This document shows, piece by piece, positions 34,721-43,800 of a stretch of DNA of 64,000 nucleotides. The DNA comes from a virus (taxonomy: Duplodnaviria; Caudoviricetes): positions 32,001 to 96,000 of the IMG/VR virus record IMGVR_UViG_2671180292_000001. One strand, written 5' to 3'. Made by a program: the position numbers and the translations under genes. The notes beneath the pieces are model-generated. The model was given only the letters and a program-made list of their open reading frames with translations. It did not search any database and was not told the DNA's origin. Each line of letters opens with the position of its first letter. Positions within the stretch are counted from its first letter, which is position 1.

Positions 34721-35535
34721 GGGCAGGTCGTCACCTTCACCGCGCACACAACGCACGTCGTCGCCGGAACATAAGTCCTCTCAGCTAAGACGCGCCTGTC
34801 GTTAAACCGAAGATCAAGAGATGCGCCGCTGCTGTTCGGGATGATGTCCAGCGGCCCCCGCCGAACCTCCACCGGACCAGAGATGTACAGCCACGCCGTA
34901 CCCGGCTCCGCCGGAGTCCCATCGGGGCCAGTGTTCGCCGCCGAATACCCGGCGCCGACGACGACGCAATGCCCGGTGAGCGTCCGCAGCCTCTCCCCTT
35001 CCCGGTGGGCGAGGTTGCAGCAACCCAGCAATGCCGCCGCCCCGGCCGGAACGTGCAGCACGCCAGTACCGCCATAGGACTCGGCTAGGCAGCCCTCCAA
35101 CGCGGCCACCCCTTGGGCGATGTTGACCGGCCCACCAGCCGGGGTCAGATCAACCGCATCAGGAGCGAGGACGTTCGTCCAGAACCACTCCTCCAACGCG
35201 TGCTGTTCCCCGAGCAGCATCATCGCCCGGACGTGCTCGATCGCTTCCTCGTAGCCCAGGCCGAACGTTGAGCACTCCACCCCCGCGTACAGCGTGACCG
35301 GCCCGGCCGATTCGACCTCGGGCCGGCAGAACTCTTTCGCGGGGACCGGGCCACCGTCTGGAGGGCACCAGTCAGTGTCACGGACGGGGCAGCACCCGAG
35401 ACCGAGCCACTCGACGCCGAGCAGCTCGTGTGGGTCGTCCACGTCGATGACCCTGGTACAGCCGCCGAGAATGCCGTCTGGCAGCGGCGTCCCCGCAATG
35501 GCCTCGACGCGGCGGCGCATTCCAGCAGGGGGCAT
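34717..35535 (-). CDS. Small capsid protein (major capsid pentamer-like)
   Basis: EQHALEEWFW, GVAALEG.LA..YGG.GVLH, VVVGAGY, LAERTY motifs; next late gene after the large capsid. Confidence 0.75.
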   Translation of the reverse strand: MPPAGMRRRVEAIAGTPLPDGILGGCTRVIDVDDPHELLGVEWLGLGCCPVRDTDWCPPDGGPVPAKEFCRPEVESAGPVTLYAGVECSTFGLGYEEAIEHVRAMMLLGEQHALEEWFWTNVLAPDAVDLTPAGGPVNIAQGVAALEGCLAESYGGTGVLHVPAGAAALLGCCNLAHREGERLRTLTGHCVVVGAGYSAANTGPDGTPAEPGTAWLYISGPVEVRRGPLDIIPNSSGASLDLRFNDRRVLAERTYVPATTCVVCAVKVTTCP

Positions 35536-35537
35536 CG

Positions 35538-37073
35538 TTACCCCCCCGCAATCTGTCGGTCGAAACCTCTATGAATAGAGGAGCGTTCAACAGAATGAGG
35601 GGGCCGACGGCGTTGCGACCGCCGCCGACCCTGACCGAACCCTTGTGTGGAAGGAGTCCGGCCATGAGCGAGCTTACGCTGCCTGGAAACACCACAGCGG
35701 ACAGCCCTGCCGTGAACGGCAAGCCCGCAGTGAACTGTGGTGACTGCGGCGTCGTCATCTCCGCTAAGACGCGGAAAGCTCACGCAAACTGTTTCCGGCA
35801 GTACCGGAACCCGGAATGGATCGCCGCCGACCCCAATCGCTGCGCTATGCCCCTCCTGAGCGGGGAACGCTGCCCCGAGCCGATCAAAGGCCGCGACTGG
35901 TGCAACAAGCACCTGCAGCGGTGGAATAAGCATGGCGACCCCACCGACACCAGCGGACGCCGGGAGAAGGGCGAACTCCTCGCCTTGGTCCAGCAGGCCG
36001 CCAAGGGAGACACCGACGAGTGCATCCTCGCCCCGTGCGAGCGCAGCAGGCCGAGCCTGATGTACCGGGGTAAGCCCATGGGGGCGGCTCGCGCCGTCTG
36101 GTGGGAAGCCAACGGCAGCGACCCCGGAGACAAGCACCTGCGGTTCACGTGCGGGCGCGGCGACGACGGCTGCATCAATATCCGGCACCTTGAGCTGGAC
36201 GTCCCCGACGCGGATGCAGTCTGCGATGTGTGCGGCGATCCCCCTACGCCGGACAACCGGCTCAAGGGCGGCAAGCACATCAACTACTGCTACCAGTGGG
36301 CTCGCAGGAACAACGCCAGCAACCCACAGTGCATCACCCCAGGCTGTGATCGCCCCTCGAAGGGCGGTGAGATCAAGGTCTGTGACCGCTGCTACCAGCG
36401 CATCCAGCGCGGAAACGACCCCGCCGAGCGGCCGTTCCACCAGCAGAACAAGGGGAAGCAGTGCAAGGTCTCCTGGTGCGAGGAAGATGCCGAGGTGCTC
36501 GGCTGGTGCCGAGACTGCTACGGCTGGTGGTGGCGTAACGGCGGCGACCCGAATGATCGTCGCTACCGGTACAACCGCAGCGTTGACGACATCATGGCGA
36601 TCGTCATGGGCATCACCCCAGACCCTGCGACGGGATGCCGGGACAGCACGGGCATTTTCCCCCAGGATCCGTGCGGGTATCCGGTGACCAGCGTCGAAGG
36701 CAAGAGCGGCGTGAGGGTCACGCGACTGGTGCTCAGCCTCAAGCTGGGCAGGCCGCTGAAGCGTGCCACGCATGCCTGCCATACGTGCGATTACCCGCCG
36801 TGTGTCGAGCCGTCCCACCTGTGGGAAGGCACCCCGGCCGCCAACAGCCATGACCGGGACGCGAAGGGCCGGGGAGCTCGCGGGGAAGGCAACGGCCGGT
36901 CGCGTCTCAACAAGGGCGCGGTCCGGTTCATCCGGGACACGTGCATGCTCGGCACGCACCAGTTCGACAGCAACGTCGCCGAGTTGGCGCACATGTTCGG
37001 GGTCAAGCCGCAGGCGATCCGGGATGTGGTGCATCGCCGGACGTGGCGTGACGTGCCGTAGAGCATTCGGCAT
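35538..37073 (-). other. Putative translated bridging ORF antisense to HNH, from host RBS/ATG to 2 nt before the small-capsid start
   Basis: AGGAGGTGA RBS + ATG 37073 (MPNALR); frame open to TAA 35540-35538; ATG at 35535. Confidence 0.4.
35664..37061 (+). CDS. HNH endonuclease with zinc fingers, a degenerate and an intact HNH domain, C-terminal HTH; antisense to late operon
   Basis: AAGGAG RBS; CINIRHL (degenerate), CHTCDYPPCVEPSHLWEGT..N (intact); ELAHMFGVKPQAIRDVVHRRTW. Confidence 0.88.
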   Translation: MSELTLPGNTTADSPAVNGKPAVNCGDCGVVISAKTRKAHANCFRQYRNPEWIAADPNRCAMPLLSGERCPEPIKGRDWCNKHLQRWNKHGDPTDTSGRREKGELLALVQQAAKGDTDECILAPCERSRPSLMYRGKPMGAARAVWWEANGSDPGDKHLRFTCGRGDDGCINIRHLELDVPDADAVCDVCGDPPTPDNRLKGGKHINYCYQWARRNNASNPQCITPGCDRPSKGGEIKVCDRCYQRIQRGNDPAERPFHQQNKGKQCKVSWCEEDAEVLGWCRDCYGWWWRNGGDPNDRRYRYNRSVDDIMAIVMGITPDPATGCRDSTGIFPQDPCGYPVTSVEGKSGVRVTRLVLSLKLGRPLKRATHACHTCDYPPCVEPSHLWEGTPAANSHDRDAKGRGARGEGNGRSRLNKGAVRFIRDTCMLGTHQFDSNVAELAHMFGVKPQAIRDVVHRRTWRDVP

Positions 37074-37144
37074 CTGCCCTTCACCTCCTCTCATAGGCAT
37101 GGGGCCCCGTCCGGCAGATTCGGGCGGGACCCTGTGCGGGGAGA

Positions 37145-38785
37145 TCAGGGGATGGGGCAGGTGAGTTCGGTCTGCGCGCCGGTGGCACCGGACGGGCAGA
37201 TGGGGAGGGTGATGAGGCGCAGGTCCGGCCCCCTGTTGATCAAGGCGACGCACTCTTCGCTAAAGATTGCGGTGTAGTCGTTCGTCTTGAACTTCTCCTG
37301 CGAGTGGATCACGCCGAGGCTGATCTCACCGCCACGGCCGATCTGCAGCGACCCCGCCACGTACATCAGCATCTGGATCTCAGCCGGCCATACCGTCGCC
37401 GGAGTAGGACCGCCGATCTCGTCCGGGACTGCCGGACCCAGACCGCGGGCCCACTGGATACCGACACCCAGGGTCGCGAACAGGTTGACGAGGTCCTGCA
37501 CGCGGACCTCGGACAGGGAGCGGCCGTTCTGCCGGGCCAGGTCCGCCAGCATCAGTGAGCGGGACCACCAGGGCAGGACAACCTCGATGTTGATGCTGTC
37601 ACACAGGGAGTGCCGCTCCACCATGTCCGCGGCCTGCAGCGCGATAGCCGCGTAGATCGCGCTGAGGGCGCCGAAGGTCTCCGGGAGCGCGACCGGGGTT
37701 GCCTGCGCGACGGCCTGCTCGAACAGGTGCTGCCGGATCCGCAGCTCGTGGGCGACCATGACGGCCTTCTGGTACCAGGCGACCAGCTCAGGGAAGTGCC
37801 GCTGCGTCAGAATGCCCGATTCGAGACAGACACCGACGGCGTCACATCGGACTTCGACGGGCTCCGGGCAGGGGATCTTGAAGCAGGGCTTCTCTGTGCC
37901 CGCAATGTCGTCCGCCTCGGTGTGGACGAACGTCATGCTGGCGACATCCAGCGACGGGATCGGGAAGTAGCGCAGCCCGCCCCGGGCGAGCTGGATCTCC
38001 GGCGCGTCCCACAGCATCTCCGGGCAGGCGACCTGCGCCAGGTCGTACACCGTCTCCGACGGCGCGCACCAGCCGCCGGACGCGACGATGTCCCCGCCAG
38101 ACAGGCGGGACTGGTCGGCGGCGAGGATGACCGCCCGCGTGCCCTCCGTACCACTGGAGGAGTCGTTGATGATGAGGGATTTGTCGAACGGCAGCCGGTA
38201 CGACGCGGTCAGACCGACGCCCCCGCCCGCCGTTTTGAGGGCGTTGGCGCGGCGGATGATGCCCTCGGTGACGCCGTCCATGTCCAGCGCCTGGCCCGGC
38301 TGGTAGCCGGGGACGTCCACGCTGGCGGTGATCTCCGGGCGCGGGTTCGGGTCCGGCGGCAGCACACGCGGCTGCCTGCGGCGGACCCCGGACAGGTCCA
38401 GCACCGGCCGGCGCGGGGCGATGACGGCGGTGGCAGCGACCTCGCGGGGCTCCGGCTCCGGGTCGGGGGTGGCGGCGGCTTCCACCTCGCCCTCCCCCTC
38501 GCCGTCCTCGGCCTCATCGTCGTCGTCGGGGGTGGTGCCGCGGACCTGGGCGGCGAGGGCGTCGATCTCGGCGGCGGCCTGCTCGGCGGCTTCCCTGCGG
38601 GCCTGCTGCTCGGCGCGGATGTCGTTCACCGCCGTGGCGAGCGTGCGGAGCTGCTCCAGATCGTCGGGGGTGACGGTGGAGGAGTTGGAGCGGGCGTCGA
38701 AAGCCTGGACCGCGCCGTCAAGCAGCGCGGCGAGTTCGTCGTCGGGCAGGCTGGTGATGTCCTCGGGGAGCTCGAATGCGTCCAC
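37145..38785 (-). CDS. Major capsid protein (hexamer-like) with N-terminal scaffold region
   Basis: ASGGWCAPSETVYD, PEIQLARGG, KPCFKIPCP, NDYTAIFSEE motifs; acidic helical N-terminus. Confidence 0.9.
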   Translation of the reverse strand: MDAFELPEDITSLPDDELAALLDGAVQAFDARSNSSTVTPDDLEQLRTLATAVNDIRAEQQARREAAEQAAAEIDALAAQVRGTTPDDDDEAEDGEGEGEVEAAATPDPEPEPREVAATAVIAPRRPVLDLSGVRRRQPRVLPPDPNPRPEITASVDVPGYQPGQALDMDGVTEGIIRRANALKTAGGGVGLTASYRLPFDKSLIINDSSSGTEGTRAVILAADQSRLSGGDIVASGGWCAPSETVYDLAQVACPEMLWDAPEIQLARGGLRYFPIPSLDVASMTFVHTEADDIAGTEKPCFKIPCPEPVEVRCDAVGVCLESGILTQRHFPELVAWYQKAVMVAHELRIRQHLFEQAVAQATPVALPETFGALSAIYAAIALQAADMVERHSLCDSINIEVVLPWWSRSLMLADLARQNGRSLSEVRVQDLVNLFATLGVGIQWARGLGPAVPDEIGGPTPATVWPAEIQMLMYVAGSLQIGRGGEISLGVIHSQEKFKTNDYTAIFSEECVALINRGPDLRLITLPICPSGATGAQTELTCPIP

Positions 38786-38811
38786 GGGTCTCTCCCTCTT
38801 GCGGGGTGAGA

Positions 38812-38852
38812 GCCCGGCCCACATACCAGCGGCTACCTAAAAGTTCATGCTA
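38812..38852 (-). promoter_or_regulatory. Late-gene leader motif with upstream -10 (TAGCAT)
   Basis: Minus strand TAGCAT..TAGCCGCTGGTATGTGGGCCGGGC. Confidence 0.65.
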
Positions 38853-38899
38853 ATGCTATCGGTCCGGGTCCTGCTTGCGGCAGAACCCGGACCGCATGG

Positions 38900-39289
38900 T
38901 CAGGTGCGGGCGCCGGTCCGCTCCAGCTCGTCAGCGACGCCTCGCAGCGCTCCCGCCACACGGCTCCAGAACTCGGCCTGGTCGAAGTCGGCGCTGACCC
39001 CGAGGGCATGGCCAGCGTCTGGCTTGCCGGTGAGAGTGATCGGAACGTCGACGGTGGCGACCTCAGCCTCCTCGGTGTTGCCGATCCGAAGGTAGATCGG
39101 GAGGGTGCCGACGTTGACCGCCTGCCCGGCCGGGGACGGCTGCTCGACGGCTTCCATCCCGGCGTCCCCTCCGGCTTCCTCGCGGCAGACCTTGCACAGG
39201 CCGAGGCCGCCGCACCGGGCGACAGCGGTCGGCTTCGGCTGGCTGGTATCGATCACCCCGTACGGGTGGCCGTGCCTGGTATACGGCAT
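38900..39289 (-). CDS. Hypothetical protein
   Basis: GGAGG RBS; HGH...VARCGG.GLCKVC motif. Confidence 0.7.
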   Translation of the reverse strand: MPYTRHGHPYGVIDTSQPKPTAVARCGGLGLCKVCREEAGGDAGMEAVEQPSPAGQAVNVGTLPIYLRIGNTEEAEVATVDVPITLTGKPDAGHALGVSADFDQAEFWSRVAGALRGVADELERTGART

Positions 39290-39301
39290 CGCCGCCTCCT
39301 A

Positions 39302-39586
39302 TCAGATGAAGTCGGTCTCGGACACGGGTGCCCATGCGACGCTGTCTTGCCGGTATGCCGTCCGGATCTCCGTCAGGGCGGCGCGGAGACTGTCCACCTC
39401 GTGCTGGTGGATGCCAATGCACCAGCAGCAGTTCTGCCACGGCACGGCCGGCGCCGAGAACCAGTGCCCGTACATCTCGGCCGCGTGCGTCCTGACCGTC
39501 GTGTCGATCTCGTTGACGAACGCGGCCCACTCGCGCTGGGCGAGCTTGTCGTCGCTGTTGCCGATCGACACGTACACGGTGAGCAT
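39302..39586 (-). CDS. Hypothetical phage protein
   Basis: VYVSIGNSDDKL.Q.EW...YRQDSVAW; TGATG overlap. Confidence 0.75.
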   Translation of the reverse strand: MLTVYVSIGNSDDKLAQREWAAFVNEIDTTVRTHAAEMYGHWFSAPAVPWQNCCWCIGIHQHEVDSLRAALTEIRTAYRQDSVAWAPVSETDFI

Positions 39587-39786
39587 CAGCCGGCCCGGGC
39601 TTCCGTAGAGAGCTGGTGCAGCGCCTGCTCGGCGGCCTTGCGGCGTTGCGCGGGGATGCCGGTATCGCAGCACGCCTCACGCCGGAACAGGCCATCCGGC
39701 GGGTCGGTGTTCTCGCCGTGGTACCGGCACTGCGCGGGAAGGGACTCCAACGCGGCACGGATGACAGCGAGATGCTGTGCGGTCAT
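39586..39786 (-). CDS. Hypothetical protein
   Basis: TGATG coupling at both ends; CRYHG..CCDTG. Confidence 0.65.
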   Translation of the reverse strand: MTAQHLAVIRAALESLPAQCRYHGENTDPPDGLFRREACCDTGIPAQRRKAAEQALHQLSTEARAG

Positions 39787-40034
39787 CAGGTGGGGTTCCC
39801 TTCCTCGTCGAGCTGGTCTGCGTGAGCAATGATCCACAACGCCTGGTAGGACCCGGTCTCGTACAGGTGCGGGGACTCGCCGAGTGCGTAGAACGCGCCG
39901 GACTGGCCGTGCCAGCCGACCTGACGCAGCACCATGCGGTACGTCTCGCCGTTGGAGTGGACATGGGTGACGGTCCGTTCCTCGCCGGGCTCGTGCTGGC
40001 CCCGGTACGGGCGGCGGTCCTCAGGCGTGGCCAT
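39786..40034 (-). CDS. Hypothetical protein (MATPEDRR...)
   Basis: TGATG coupling at both ends. Confidence 0.65.
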   Translation of the reverse strand: MATPEDRRPYRGQHEPGEERTVTHVHSNGETYRMVLRQVGWHGQSGAFYALGESPHLYETGSYQALWIIAHADQLDEEGNPT

Positions 40035-40360
40035 CAGACGCGCTCCGGCCAGTGCCACGTCCCAGGCAGGTACCGGCCCTCGACCGGCTCGTGATGCTTG
40101 CACGTGTTGAAGAACAGCCCGGTCGGGTTGTGCACCTCCAACACGCACGCGTCCGGGTGCCACTGCTCGGTTACTTCCCGCAGCTTCACGTTGTCCTCGG
40201 AGATGTACGGTGCGCGGACAACCGCGGGGACCCACGCGCCGACCTCGGTGATGACGGCGGCCCGGCACACCGACTGGTACGCCTGGCTGCCGTCCTCCCG
40301 CACGGGCGTGCCGTGGGACACGTAGTGGACGACGCGGCCGACGCTCGGCGTCTGGCTCAT
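40034..40360 (-). CDS. Hypothetical phage protein
   Basis: PSVGRVVHY...RAAVITEV...GTWHWPERV; ATGA overlap. Confidence 0.75.
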   Translation of the reverse strand: MSQTPSVGRVVHYVSHGTPVREDGSQAYQSVCRAAVITEVGAWVPAVVRAPYISEDNVKLREVTEQWHPDACVLEVHNPTGLFFNTCKHHEPVEGRYLPGTWHWPERV

Positions 40361-40629
40361 CGGGCATCCTCCTTGACTGGTGTGCCGATCGTGGCTTCCA
40401 TCCACACGCCGTCGTCGTACACGTGGGCGGTGAACGGAAGCCCTTTCGCTTCCGCCATCCGCATCACCATCTCCGCTGACCGCGCATGAATCAGGCCATG
40501 CGCCCACCCTTGGAGCTCCAGCGACTTCCACATCTCGCCGAGCGCCCACCCGCGCACGAACTCCTCGTTGTCGGTGTCGAACGGCAGGACGAGGCCGTAT
40601 TCCTTCTCGTCGTTGCTTTCGCTGCTCAA
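40357..40629 (-). CDS. Hypothetical protein
   Basis: Coupled to neighbours; LVLPFD..EFVRGW. Confidence 0.65.
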   Translation of the reverse strand: MSSESNDEKEYGLVLPFDTDNEEFVRGWALGEMWKSLELQGWAHGLIHARSAEMVMRMAEAKGLPFTAHVYDDGVWMEATIGTPVKEDAR

Positions 40630-40805
40630 CGGGGGTCTCCGGTCGTCTGCGCGGTCTGGGGCTTGCCCTTTTCCCGCACGGTGGCGCCCTGGTAGCGCTT
40701 GGCGACCGCGTCAGCGGCGGGCTTCGAGGGGGTGGTGTACGCGATCCGGCCGTCGGCGGTGACGACCTCGTACTGCTGCCTGTTCTTGTTGCACCCGCAT
40801 CCCAT
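40626..40805 (-). CDS. Small Cys-motif head-region protein (MGCGCNK...)
   Basis: Follows the protease-fusion stop; MGCGC start common in this head architecture. Confidence 0.7.
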   Translation of the reverse strand: MGCGCNKNRQQYEVVTADGRIAYTTPSKPAADAVAKRYQGATVREKGKPQTAQTTGDPR

Positions 40806-40807
40806 GA

Positions 40808-43800
40808 TCAGACACCTTCCTTCACCTTGGCCGCCAGGTTGGCGGCGAGTTCTGCACGAACGGGCGCGAGTTCGGCGGCCATGCGTTCGATCTCGGCCCT
40901 CACCTCGGCACGGCGTTCCATCTCGTCCACCACCGCGGCGGCGAGCGTCCCGTAGTCCACCGCAGGCGCCGCTGGCTGTCCGGGGGTAGGCGCTGCGGAC
41001 GCGGTGAGCGCGAGGTTGGCCCGGCCGATCACCGCCGACGCGGCCAGCTTCGACGGGTGACCCGGCACCGGGACGGACAGCACGGCGCGGAGGGACCACT
41101 GCCCGTTGCGTTCCTGCCGCATGTGATAGCTCGGCTGGCAGGCCGCGAAGACCATCCGGTCCCACTCGCTGAGCCAAGGGGCTGCCGCTCCGGAAAACCA
41201 CAGGCCGCCCTCGGACATACCGACGGTGACGATCCCGGCCACGGTGCGCGTGTCATCCCATTGACACGCTGCGGTCTCACATTCAGCGCCGTCTCTGTGG
41301 TGGCCCACGTTCATGGTGAACGCCCCCACCTTCGCGTAGGTGCCATCGTCCAGCAGGAACCGCGTCCGGAGGAACGCCGTGGTGTCGACATCCCCCAAGC
41401 TCTCGATCGTCAGGTTCCGCCCGGGGTAGGCCTCATGCGGGACACCGGCCTGAGCGACCCACCCGTAGATCCTGCCGTCCGCGTAGTGCACACCGCCCGA
41501 GCCCGGTGGCAGTTCCTCCGGAGTCGGCTCGCGGAACCACGCGGCGGGCATCGGCGGAAGGGACTGCATCTCCTGCCAGGCTGACGCTTCGAGCTCGTCC
41601 ATCTCGTCCTCGTCTTCGTCCCATGGCGCGACCATCCGCTCGTCGAACGCCTCGCCCATGCGCCGGTAGAGGGCGCTGACCCGCTCGCGGAGGGCGTCCT
41701 GCTCGTCTTCGGGGATGTCGACCCCGCCCCGGCCGCCGGACAGGACGTTGGCGACGGCGAACACGCCATGGGCGACGATCTCCAAGCGCTGCCCGCCGTC
41801 CCCGTCATAGACACTGGCGACGCCGAGCTTGTACGCCGAAAGGGTCGCCGGATCCTTGTCCGGGTCTCGCCACAGGAACGCCGCGCCGAGCCGGTCAGGG
41901 TCTACGGTGCCGTCGCCATCGGTGGCCCAGGCGAGCACCCGTGATCCGGCGGCGTCTCCGTCCCATTCGGCGTCCCGCTCCGAGTGGATCGGCAGCTCGA
42001 GGTCGCCGGACATCGCAGCGACGATTTCAGGCCGGTCCTCCGGCAGTGTGGAGGCGCCGACGTACAGGCCACGGGACAAGCGGACGATGTGCCCGGCCTC
42101 GCACGCGCGGGCGAGGTAGTCCCGTGCCTGGGTGGTGGTCATCTCCAGCGCGGTGGCGACGTCGTCGGCTGCGACGGGGATGGGGCTGGTCGCGACGTAG
42201 GCGATGACCTCACGCATCCGGCCCCGCTCGGGAGCCCCGTCTGCGGTCACTTCCGCCGCGTCGAGGGTGATCCGCGCGCCTGCGAACGCCGGCATGCTGA
42301 CGAGGGTTGCGCCTCGCAGGCGGCCTCGGGTGATCCGCATCAGGAAATCGCCCGCGCGTTCGGCCATCAACACCTCGCCTCGGGCGTCGTCGGCGTCCCC
42401 GGCTGCGGCGGTAACGACCCCGGCAGCGGTGAGAGCTGCGTGGAGCGCGGCCCCGGCGACCAGCCCGGCCGGGCTGGTGGTCCACTCGACGGTGTGGTCT
42501 GCGCGGACTGCGGTCCCGCTGGCGGTGTGCTCAACCCGGTGGGTCGCCCTCACCCGGTACCCGCCCTCGGACAGGGGGGTGATCGTGGTGTGGGCGAGGG
42601 AGGCCAGCAGCACCACCTCATCCCCGCTATCGGGTTCCTCGCGCTCTTCTGGCGGGCGGGCATCCACGAACTCCACATCGACGTCGTCCAAGTCCACGGA
42701 CACGCCCAGGGGCGCGCCTTCCTCAAGGAGGCGGATCGCCTGCGCCCCTGCCGGTTGGGAGGGGTAGAGCACTCCGGTGCCGGGGATACGGTCGCCGTCC
42801 CGGTCGAGCGTTTCGATCGCCCCGGCGAGCTCCGCGCCTTCATGCCCGGAGAGCATTTCGTCGGCGTACTGCAGCGGCCACGGACCGTCCTGCCAGTACA
42901 GCGCGCCCGGCGAGAAGATACGGCCGTCGCCGGTCTGCTGGTTCTCGAACGCCAGCGCGTCACTGCCGGGTGTGGACCAGCGGCGCGGCGTCGGGGTCGT
43001 TTCGGTGGCGTCGGCGGTCACAGCGGACTCCTCCTGCGAAAGGGAGAGCGGGATATCGGTGATGTCACCGGCGTAGGCGATGCGGAGCCGGTCGAACGTG
43101 ATTGGGCCGACCCTGTCGGCCAGGCCTGGCAGCTGGGTCAGGTCATCGGTGTAGGTGAGCGTGACGTGGGGCGCCCACGGGTCGTGCTGCTCCGGGTACG
43201 CGAACACCTCGAGCACCATCCCGGCCACCGCGTCATGGATCGCCGACAGTTCGCCACCGCCGACACCGAGCACGATGCACGGCTCCTCACCGCCGGGATT
43301 GAACACGCTGATCGCGAACCCGTTCGCCTCCACCGGGCCGTTCCCCGCGGTTTGGGCTTCCTCGACATGCGAGCGGAGACGGTCCACGATCGCCGCCCGC
43401 GCCTCATCCGGGATGTCCTCAGCCGGGCCGAGGAACAACAGCGTCAGGTGCAGCTCCTCCGGCGGCAGGCCGCCCTCCACGGCAAGCCGCTCAATGTCTT
43501 CCTGGGTGGGCACCAGCGCCACCATCGCACCCGAATGCGGACCCCCAGCAGCGGCGGTCACCTCAGACTGCTCGTCGATCTCCCGCACGATCCCTCTCTC
43601 CTCGAAATCGCTGACGACGGCGGCTATCTCGTCTTCGGTGAGGAACTGCCGGCCTCGGTCCCGATCGGCCCCGCGCGGCACGGTCTCTTCGTCCCAGTCC
43701 ATGACCATCGAGCAGCGGCAATTGATCACGTTTTCCGGTCCGCCGAGCGGGTCGCCCGGGAACATCAACATGGCGCCGCCGACCAGGAATGGTTCGTCGA

